Assembly (NCBI GenBank): GCA_003151615.1
Contig: PLXZ01000001.1
Coordinates: forward strand, 3,795 to 67,794
Length of the DNA stretch: 64,000 nt
Direction: 5' to 3'
Source: Candidatus Tayloriibacteriota bacterium
Lineage (GTDB): Bacteria > Patescibacteriota > Minisyncoccia > Phycocordibacterales > PALSA-1337
Under the pieces are notes generated by a model. The model worked only from the letters and a program-made list of their open reading frames with translations. It was not told the DNA's origin and searched no databases. The translations under genes were made by a program, and so were the position numbers. Below are positions 38,670 through 45,111 of this stretch, piece after piece; position 1 is the first letter of the stretch; each line of letters opens with the position of its first letter.

Positions 38670-39633
38670 GTGAATAGCTTATCATATTTTTAATCTTGAA
38701 AGTATTTCCGTGCGTTAACATACCCAAATAAGATGCAACAGTTTCTATCTTAGGCTGATGATCAAGATTCTTAAACATTCTCTTCTTTGTAGCCGTTCTT
38801 AGAACTCTATGGTCAGGAAAATGTATCCACCCAAGGAAATCGACACCTGACGAGAACGTTTTAATGAAAACTTTATCGGGATGAAGTTTCAGGGCCAGTT
38901 TTTCTTCCAAAAATAGTGACATTTTCGGCAATATATCGAGAAGCCAATCCTTGTTCCCGCTCATCACCACAAAATCATCGGCGTATCGGATATAGTATTT
39001 TGCTTTAATCGTGTGCTTCATAAAATGGTCAAAAGCATTCATGTAGACGTTAACCAGAAGCTGCGAGGTGAGATTGCCAAGCGGTAATCCCTTTCCGTCT
39101 ACTGTACTGTGGAAACTTTTAGCCACACGTCCGATAAGCCAAATGACATCAGGATCGGTAATGTACTTTCCTACAGTATCAAGGAGTATTTTTTGATCGA
39201 TTGAAGCAAAAAACTTCCGAATATCGCACTTTAAAATCCAAAGCGTCTTTGTGTTATTCTTGCTCTCCTTTAAAGCAAAATGCTTGAATCGTTCCACTGC
39301 TCGATGTGTACCCCGTAGCTTACGGCATGAGTATGAATCATAAATAAAAGTGCGGTCAAAAAAAGGATAAAGTTCGCGATAGATTGCATGATGCAAAAGT
39401 CTGTCTCGCACACTTGCCTTATGGATATTTCGTGGCTTTGGATCAGAGATATTAAAGGCATAGTAGCCTCCATGGGTATAAGTTTTATTTTTTAAATCAG
39501 TATGTAAATCAAGAATGTTATCGGATAAACGATATTGAAACTCCTGCACATCTTTCTTGCTTCGCTTCCCTTTTAGGAATTCTTTCCACGCTTCGAGCAA
39601 ATTTTCCATAGAAATGATATTGTTGTACATCAT
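38650..39633 (-). CDS. DGR reverse transcriptase
   Basis: K.R.I....VRDR..H, SYSCR...GTH, LKCDIRKFF.SI, GLPLGNLTSQ, YIRYADDFV, GVDFLG; no maturase or endonuclease domain; overlaps the glyA start by 20 bp. Confidence 0.95.
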   Translation of the reverse strand: MMYNNIISMENLLEAWKEFLKGKRSKKDVQEFQYRLSDNILDLHTDLKNKTYTHGGYYAFNISDPKPRNIHKASVRDRLLHHAIYRELYPFFDRTFIYDSYSCRKLRGTHRAVERFKHFALKESKNNTKTLWILKCDIRKFFASIDQKILLDTVGKYITDPDVIWLIGRVAKSFHSTVDGKGLPLGNLTSQLLVNVYMNAFDHFMKHTIKAKYYIRYADDFVVMSGNKDWLLDILPKMSLFLEEKLALKLHPDKVFIKTFSSGVDFLGWIHFPDHRVLRTATKKRMFKNLDHQPKIETVASYLGMLTHGNTFKIKNMISYSHERRRH

Positions 39634-39665
39634 GATTGATACAAAAATTAAGACTGATAAAGTAG

Positions 39666-39674
39666 CCCCCCCCC
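39666..39674 (+). repeat. C9 homopolymer between the likely avd ATG and the avd coding frame
   Basis: The frame of ATG 39632 stops at 39683; one extra C joins it to the 39697 ORF (MIDTKIKTDKVAPPPQRLIPVVLKLKD). Confidence 0.7.
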
Positions 39675-39696
39675 GCAGAGATTAATACCTGTTGTT

Positions 39697-40047
39697 TTGA
39701 AGCTCAAGGACACCTATGCCATATGGCAGGACTATTTAACCCATTTTCCCAAAGCTAACCGTTTTACGATTGGTTCAAAGATAGATATCCTCTTCCTCGA
39801 AGCGATCGAATACGCTTTCATCGCAAGCTATACCCATACGGCCGACAAGCATATATTCTTAAATAAAAGCATCTCTAAAGTGGATCTCATTAAGCTCCTT
39901 CTACAACTTTCGTGGGAGATAAAAGCACTCGATAACAAGAAATATATCGTGCTGTCAGAAAAATTCTCTGAAATCGGTAAGATGCTTGGAGGCTGGAAAA
40001 AGCAATTACTTAGCAAAACTCCTGAGACAAAATCTCAGGAGAAATAA
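39697..40047 (+). CDS. avd: Avd-like four-helix-bundle accessory protein, antisense to the rest of the DGR
   Basis: FPK..RFTIG.KI, L.L.......LD..KY......EIGKMLGGW; next to TR and RT; true start probably upstream across the C9 tract. Confidence 0.85.
   Translation: MKLKDTYAIWQDYLTHFPKANRFTIGSKIDILFLEAIEYAFIASYTHTADKHIFLNKSISKVDLIKLLLQLSWEIKALDNKKYIVLSEKFSEIGKMLGGWKKQLLSKTPETKSQEK
40019..40041. other. Perfect 9-bp hairpin just 3' of TR
   Basis: CTCCTGAGA CAAAA TCTCAGGAG, 14 nt beyond the TR end and inside the avd 3' end. Confidence 0.6.
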
Positions 40048-40055
40048 TGATAGTG

Positions 40056-40181
40056 GCGAACAGCCAGGAAACGATAGTTGGCATTCCAATCACCGTCCCA
40101 GTTGTTGAGGTTGAGGTTCCGCTTGGAATCGTCCTTGTTGAGGTTCGGCACGTTGCGGTTGCCATTGACCTTACCAACGGA
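40056..40181 (-). repeat. DGR template repeat (TR), 126 bp
   Basis: In the VR frame it reads SVGKVNGNRNVPNLNKDDSKRNLNLNNWDGDWNANYRFLAVR; 33 adenines, none at third codon positions; 11 AAY codons. Confidence 0.95.
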
Positions 40182-40425
40182 CCTTGTGTGAAAAACCACC
40201 CATGGCACTGCTCCCCGATAGCTTCGCGAAAGCTGCATCGAATTCGTGACATTAATCTATCACTTGGTTTCTCACACCAACTGTCTCTCTATTTTTTGAG
40301 ATCAATCCTCGAAATACTCTTTGGAAAACCTTGGTCTTCCAAACTCTCATTCCGAGGGTTGCGGACAAATTACCCAAAGCCGTGACCTTGGATTTATCAC
40401 TTGTCACTTTTCATTATATATGAAA

Positions 40426-40467
40426 ATAAAAAACCTCGCGCGACACAACTTGTGTACAACGCGAGGT
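40426..40467 (-). terminator. Stem-loop plus U-tract downstream of the DGR target
   Basis: ACCTCGCG (40433-40440) / CGCGAGGT (40460-40467) with inner ACACA/TGTGT; followed by TTTTTATTTT on the minus strand. Confidence 0.6.
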
Positions 40468-40529
40468 CTGAATTTGATGCGACCAAGGGTCCAAGATTCC
40501 AAGTGGCAAAGCGCAAGCGATGCCGATGA

Positions 40530-41288
40530 TCAAGAAACCGAGATCTGAGAGACTTTTTTGCGAACAGCCAGGAAACGATAGCTGGCACCCCAACCACCGT
40601 CCCAGCGGATGAGGTCGAGGTCCCGCCCGGAAACGCCCTCGTAGAGGTAAGGCACGTGGCGGCCGAGGCGGAGGTGCCGCTCGGAAACGTCCTTGTTGAG
40701 GTACGGCACGCAGCGGAAGCCATAGACCTTACCAACGGAGCCCAACGCAACGATCGGATACTTCCGCTGTTCTTCAGGGTTATTTTTCCCGTAAGTCAGC
40801 AGATGCTCGATCGCGGCCGGTTGCCATGGATTGGCAGTATCGTCGGTTGTAATGCCACTGACGGCATTTTCCGACGAGATGGAGCGATCGAAATGGAACA
40901 TTTTAAATTCCCACTCGTCCGCGCCGGTGTTCTTCAATGGAAATCGCTTCGCAGTGATGTCGCTGTTAGTCCAGTCGTAATTGCCGGCCTTGATCATCTC
41001 TTCGAGAGACAAGGTGCAGTCTACGACATAGACCACGATTGCGCCGACGACGGCATTGACAGTGTTCGTCACCCAGCAGGGCTCCTTGCGCAGAAATTTT
41101 TTGAGCATTTCCCACCAGGTGTTTCCGTCCTTGCCGTTCAATTTGGCGAAGAGGTCCTTGAGGACGCCGATTGCGGATTGGGCTTCTTCATTGACAATCT
41201 GGTCGAGTGATTCGAGCAGATTCAGTAACAGTCCGAGCATGATTTTCATGGTCAGTTTCCTTTCATCGCCGACTTTAGAAGTCAGCAT
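40530..41288 (-). CDS. DGR target protein with a C-terminal variable region (probably C-type-lectin-like)
   Basis: VR at the 3' end ending YRFLAVR; no clear signal peptide; alternative start at 41249. Confidence 0.9.
   Translation of the reverse strand: MLTSKVGDERKLTMKIMLGLLLNLLESLDQIVNEEAQSAIGVLKDLFAKLNGKDGNTWWEMLKKFLRKEPCWVTNTVNAVVGAIVVYVVDCTLSLEEMIKAGNYDWTNSDITAKRFPLKNTGADEWEFKMFHFDRSISSENAVSGITTDDTANPWQPAAIEHLLTYGKNNPEEQRKYPIVALGSVGKVYGFRCVPYLNKDVSERHLRLGRHVPYLYEGVSGRDLDLIRWDGGWGASYRFLAVRKKVSQISVS
40560..40739 (-). repeat. DGR variable region (VR), 180 bp, containing a 54-bp tandem duplication
   Basis: Aligns to TR in two blocks with 31 mismatches, 30 at TR adenines and 1 synonymous G>T at 40650. 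Confidence 0.95.
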
Positions 41289-41318
41289 TTGTTTTTTGTT
41301 GAGCTAGAGGGCTACCTT

Positions 41319-41372
41319 ATCGCCATAGCTTAGAGACGCCCATCTTTTTGAGCAGCTTTAAGCTATGGCGAT
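41319..41372. promoter_or_regulatory. 14-bp perfect inverted repeat in the leader of the DGR target
   Basis: ATCGCCATAGCTTA (41319-41332) / TAAGCTATGGCGAT (41359-41372). Confidence 0.65.
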
Positions 41373-41402
41373 CGTTCGCAAAATCAAAGAACTTACAGGT
41401 GT

Positions 41403-41432
41403 ATTGTACACCATTAGTATGGCATCTGTCAA
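41403..41432 (-). promoter_or_regulatory. Sigma70-type promoter of the DGR target gene
   Basis: TTGACA-N18-TACAAT on the minus strand; the palindrome GGTGTA-TTG-TACACC overlaps the -10. Confidence 0.65.
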
Positions 41433-41439
41433 TGGTAAG

Positions 41440-41467
41440 AAAAAAGCCCTTAATGAAGGGCTTTTTT
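41440..41467. terminator. Terminator after rplE
   Basis: AAAAAAGCCCTT AATG AAGGGCTTTTTT. Confidence 0.9.
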
Positions 41468-41490
41468 GATTAAAAACGCTTTTTTATAGT

Positions 41491-42063
41491 CTATTTCGCC
41501 TTTCCTGCCTTCACCTCTTCTTTCTTGAACGGAAAACCGAGATGTTCCAAAAATGCGAGTGTCTGAACCTTGTCGTTTGATGAAGTCACGACCGTGAGAG
41601 CCATTCCGAAAACATCGCGGAGATCTTCGTCTGATGTTTCAGCGAAAATGGTGTGCTCGCGGATGCCGAGGGTGTAATTGCCCATTTCGTCGACTGCGGT
41701 TCGCGTTATGCCGCGGAAGTCCTTTGTGCGGGGCAATGAAATGTGGACAAGCCGGTCAAGAAAATCATTCATGCGTTTGCCGCGGAGGGTTATCTGGAAA
41801 CCAACAGGGTCGCCGGTGCGGACCTTGAATGTTGCGATCGATTTCTTCGCGCCGCGAAGAGCAGGCTTTTGGCCCGTGATTTTCGCCAATCGGTCTGCGA
41901 CGAGTTCGATTTTCTTTTTGTCCTTGATCGAGCCGATACCCGCGGAAACGACGACTTTCAAAAGTCGAGGCGACTGCATTGGATTTGTATAGCCGAATTT
42001 CGGCTGAAGCGTTTTGTATGCGCTCTTTTCCAAATCTTTGATTGTTGTGTGTGATGTTTTCAT
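41491..42063 (-). CDS. rplE: 50S ribosomal protein L5
   Basis: ITGQKP....AKKSIA.FK.R.G, LPR.KDFRG, GNYTLGI.EH.IF. Confidence 0.98.
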   Translation of the reverse strand: MKTSHTTIKDLEKSAYKTLQPKFGYTNPMQSPRLLKVVVSAGIGSIKDKKKIELVADRLAKITGQKPALRGAKKSIATFKVRTGDPVGFQITLRGKRMNDFLDRLVHISLPRTKDFRGITRTAVDEMGNYTLGIREHTIFAETSDEDLRDVFGMALTVVTSSNDKVQTLAFLEHLGFPFKKEEVKAGKAK

Positions 42064-42064
42064 A

Positions 42065-42283
42065 TTATTTCTTCAGCGCGACGTTTGAAACGTCAATCGG
42101 CATAGCCTGGTCGACAACCTGACCTTTCTGGCCTTCCTTGCGGGGTCGCATATGCTTTTTGACGAGGTTAAGACCTTCGACGATGACTTTGCCGTCGCGA
42201 GGAAAAGACTTCGAGACCTTTCCCGTCTTGCCCTTGTCCTTTCCCGTAAGGATTATTACATTGTCGTTTTTCTTGATGGTCAT
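42065..42283 (-). CDS. rplX: 50S ribosomal protein L24 (short, 72 aa)
   Basis: KOW motif [33 protein letters not shown]. Confidence 0.95.
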   Translation of the reverse strand: MTIKKNDNVIILTGKDKGKTGKVSKSFPRDGKVIVEGLNLVKKHMRPRKEGQKGQVVDQAMPIDVSNVALKK

Positions 42284-42289
42284 AAATTT

Positions 42290-42661
42290 TTATACAATCT
42301 CCGGCGCTTTTGAGGCGATGGTCTGGTAACCGCGTTCCGACAATTCGCGAGGAATCGGGCCGAAGATGCGTCCGGCAATCGGCTCCTTCGTACCCTTTGT
42401 CAAAATGACGACTGAGTTTTCATCGAATCGCACGTATGATCCGTCCTTGCGGCGGAATGGCTTGCGCTGGCGGACGACGACGGCCTGGAGAACATCCTTC
42501 TTTTTGATGGTCTTGCGGGGTTCGGCCTTCTGAACGGAGAGGACCACGAGATCGCCGATTTCAGCATAGCGCTTCTTCGAAGAGCCAAGCACCTTGAAAA
42601 TACGGCCGATTTTGGCGCCGCAGTTGTCAGTTATTCGTACGATTGAGCGTGGCTGTATCAT
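42290..42661 (-). CDS. rplN: 50S ribosomal protein L14
   Basis: MIQ...DN.GAK, RR.DGS.VRFDEN, RIFGP. Confidence 0.98.
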   Translation of the reverse strand: MIQPRSIVRITDNCGAKIGRIFKVLGSSKKRYAEIGDLVVLSVQKAEPRKTIKKKDVLQAVVVRQRKPFRRKDGSYVRFDENSVVILTKGTKEPIAGRIFGPIPRELSERGYQTIASKAPEIV

Positions 42662-42665
42662 AAAT

Positions 42666-42941
42666 TTATTCTGCTATTTTAAAAGACTTGTGTCGTGAAA
42701 TAGGTCGGCATGATTCGATCGTAACCTTGTCCCCCACCTTTTTGGTGTTTCCGGGATTGTGGACCTTGTAGCGCTTCGAAAGATTCATGAACTTGTGATA
42801 TTTCTCGTTTTTCACATAGCGTTCGACCAAAACAACAACCGTATCCTTCATTTTGTCGGACACGACAACGCCACTCAAAGTTTTTCGCTTTGGAGCTTCC
42901 GCCTGCACGGTCGTTTTTGTTGTCTTTTTAGTGTCAGTCAT
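42666..42941 (-). CDS. rpsQ: 30S ribosomal protein S17
   Basis: G.VVSDKM.DTVVV.VER, GD.V.I..CRPIS..K. Confidence 0.97.
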   Translation of the reverse strand: MTDTKKTTKTTVQAEAPKRKTLSGVVVSDKMKDTVVVLVERYVKNEKYHKFMNLSKRYKVHNPGNTKKVGDKVTIESCRPISRHKSFKIAE

Positions 42942-42982
42942 TGGTGTTGATTTATATCACGTATCCTCTATCTATTCAAGTT

Positions 42983-43420
42983 TTACGCTCCCATTACCGC
43001 TCGGTTGATAATTTTCGTCTTGACGGAAATTTTCGTGCCGGCCTTTCGCAATGCTTCCAACGCCGTTTTGTCGTCCACGCCGTCGATTTCAAAAAGAATT
43101 CGGCCGGCCTTTACCGGAGCAACGAATCCGACCGGATCTCCCTTACCCTTTCCGAGCTTTACTTCGGCTGGTTTCTGGGTGAATGGTCGGTCCGGAAAGA
43201 CGCGAACCCATACTTTTCCGGACTTTGTGGCATATCGAGCCATGACTTTTCGCGCAGCTTCGATTTCATTCGACGACAAACGTCCGTACGCGAGAGCCTT
43301 CAATCCGAATGATCCGAACGAGAGGTGCGTACCACGCGTTTCAACAGCCACCGCGAGTTTCTTCGCGTTCTTGCGGCCGGTATGCCATTTTCGGAATTTT
43401 ACTTTTTTAGGGAATAACAT
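42983..43420 (-). CDS. rplP: 50S ribosomal protein L16
   Basis: MLFPKKVKFRK, IEAAR, RVFPD.P.T.KP.EV.LG.GKG. Confidence 0.98.
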   Translation of the reverse strand: MLFPKKVKFRKWHTGRKNAKKLAVAVETRGTHLSFGSFGLKALAYGRLSSNEIEAARKVMARYATKSGKVWVRVFPDRPFTQKPAEVKLGKGKGDPVGFVAPVKAGRILFEIDGVDDKTALEALRKAGTKISVKTKIINRAVMGA

Positions 43421-43440
43421 GGTAGTGATTTATATGAAAA

Positions 43441-44163
43441 TTATTTGAATTTTTGCGTCGGAGCGGCACCTGTTTGCGTCGTTTTCGCGAGATTCGCAGC
43501 CATGTCCTTCGCGAAAATCTCTCCTTTATATATCCAGACCTTTATACCGATGTCGCCGTAGGTCATGTGGGCCTTTTCGCGTGCGAATTCGATGTCTGCA
43601 CGCATTGTTTGAAGAGGAATACGACCCTTTTTGAGGTCTTCCTGACGTGCCATTTCAGCACCACCGAGTCGTCCCGACAATTTGATGCGGGCACCCTGGA
43701 CTTCGCGGTTTGCCATGACTTTCTCCAATGCCTGCTTCACAACGCGGCGGAATGGAAGGCGCTTTTCGAGACCTTCAGCGACCATCAAACCGACGATAGC
43801 CGAGTTTGCTTCAGGATTTCGGACTTCCTCGATGTCCATCTTCAATTCTTGGCCTGAGAGGTCAACTCCTCGCTTTTTGAGCTGCTTCATGACTTTCTCG
43901 CGGAGCTTTACGATACCGTCACCCGCGCGGCCGATGATCATACCCGGTCGTGATGAACGGATAATGATGCGGAGGGCCTTCTGATTTCGCTCGATTGCAA
44001 TGTCGGAAAGATAGAATGCGCGCAATTCCTTCGTCAAAAACTCACGGATAACAATGTCAGCCTTCAAATAGTTGCGGTATTGCTTGTCCACGCCGAACCA
44101 GCGGCTCTTCCAGTCGCGAATGATTCCAAGTCTATGTGCATATGGGTGTACGGAGTGTGACAT
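43441..44163 (-). CDS. rpsC: 30S ribosomal protein S3
   Basis: RLGI..DW.SRWF, RPG.IIG, SGRLGGAE.AR, PLQT.RADI, GIKVWIY.GE. Confidence 0.98.
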   Translation of the reverse strand: MSHSVHPYAHRLGIIRDWKSRWFGVDKQYRNYLKADIVIREFLTKELRAFYLSDIAIERNQKALRIIIRSSRPGMIIGRAGDGIVKLREKVMKQLKKRGVDLSGQELKMDIEEVRNPEANSAIVGLMVAEGLEKRLPFRRVVKQALEKVMANREVQGARIKLSGRLGGAEMARQEDLKKGRIPLQTMRADIEFAREKAHMTYGDIGIKVWIYKGEIFAKDMAANLAKTTQTGAAPTQKFK

Positions 44164-44164
44164 G

Positions 44165-44566
44165 TTATTTTTTTTGTGTTTTTTCTGTTTTTACAATCGC
44201 CGGTCGTCCCCATCGTCGGAGCTTCGCGGGCTTTTCAGCAATCGGAGCGAGAGTGATCATGACGTTGCTTGAACGCTTGTTGATTCGTGAAGCACTGCCG
44301 CGTGCTCGTGGCATCGATCGCTTCAACGTAACTCCCCCGTCAACGCGGATTTCCTTTATAAAAAGACCGGCTGATTCGATATTAAAATTGTTTTTTGCGT
44401 TGGCGATTGCCGATGCGAGGAGCGCGCCGAGAGGACCGGTTGCCTTCTTCGGAAGGAATTTAAGCATGCTCGCCGCCTCGACGACTGATTTGCCGCGCAT
44501 GAGGTTAGCCGTGCCGCGGACCTTGCGGGGAGACTGTCGATAGTTGTGGAGTGATGCTGTGATCAT
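44165..44566 (-). CDS. rplV: 50S ribosomal protein L22
   Basis: RQSPRKVR, SAIANA..N, LKR.MPRARG.A..I.KR.S; start MITAS at 44566. Confidence 0.96.
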   Translation of the reverse strand: MITASLHNYRQSPRKVRGTANLMRGKSVVEAASMLKFLPKKATGPLGALLASAIANAKNNFNIESAGLFIKEIRVDGGVTLKRSMPRARGSASRINKRSSNVMITLAPIAEKPAKLRRWGRPAIVKTEKTQKK

Positions 44567-44579
44567 ATATATATATAAA

Positions 44580-44948
44580 TTATTTGGCGCCAGGCTTAGC
44601 TGTCGCACCCGGTGCGGATCCGGCCGCTTCCTTCGCTGATTTTGCGGCATTGATTTCAGCTTCCTTCTGCTTCATTTCCAATTCCTTCTGCATCTTTCCT
44701 CCGTGTCGGTTGAATTTGCGCGTAGGCGAAAATTCACCGAGGCGGTGTCCAACCATGTCCTCGGTGATCAAAACTTCCAAATGTTGTCGTCCGTTATACA
44801 CGCCGAATGTGAACCCAATCATTTCCGGCGCAATCTGGGATCGGCGATACCATGTTTTAATAACCCCTGTTTCCAGAGGTTTTTTGCCTGAAATCTTTTT
44901 GAGGAGTCGTTCTTCAACGAACGGACCCTTATACAGTGAACGTGACAT
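44580..44948 (-). CDS. rpsS: 30S ribosomal protein S19 with a C-terminal extension
   Basis: [33 protein letters not shown]. Confidence 0.98.
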   Translation of the reverse strand: MSRSLYKGPFVEERLLKKISGKKPLETGVIKTWYRRSQIAPEMIGFTFGVYNGRQHLEVLITEDMVGHRLGEFSPTRKFNRHGGKMQKELEMKQKEAEINAAKSAKEAAGSAPGATAKPGAK

Positions 44949-45079
44949 TTTATATTAAAGCCTATTTTCCTTTAGTATCCTGTGTTTATAAATGCCCGTG
45001 GAATCGGCAGAAGACCGGCTCGCACTCAGACAAAATCCAAACACTGGTTAAAAAGGAACTCGTTAGAGCTTGGTTATCC

Positions 45080-45107
45080 ATACTAGCAGACCTGTGTTTA
45101 AAGTCAA
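45080..45107 (-). promoter_or_regulatory. Putative promoter for the rpsS-rplE block
   Basis: TTGACT-N16-TAGTAT with a TG extension on the minus strand, about 130 nt upstream of rpsS. Confidence 0.5.
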
Positions 45108-45111
45108 CATT

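Larger units (their letters stand above)
38650..41432 (-). mobile_element. Diversity-generating retroelement (target/VR, TR, inverted avd, RT)
   Basis: TR/VR pair differing almost only at TR adenines, a DGR-type RT and an Avd-like ORF; RT and avd are visibly more AT-rich than flanking genes. Confidence 0.95.

Noticed and set aside
38650-39633. RT as a group II intron, retron or Abi RT
   Set aside because: It is short, lacks maturase and endonuclease domains, has the LGNLTSQ motif, and has an adjacent Avd and an adenine-specific TR/VR pair, all of which indicate a DGR.
40010-40750. ORFs 40035..40238, 40010..40252, 40047..40385 and 40397..40750 as proteins
   Set aside because: They are frames through TR and VR or their antisense strands; TR is open only because it mirrors VR.
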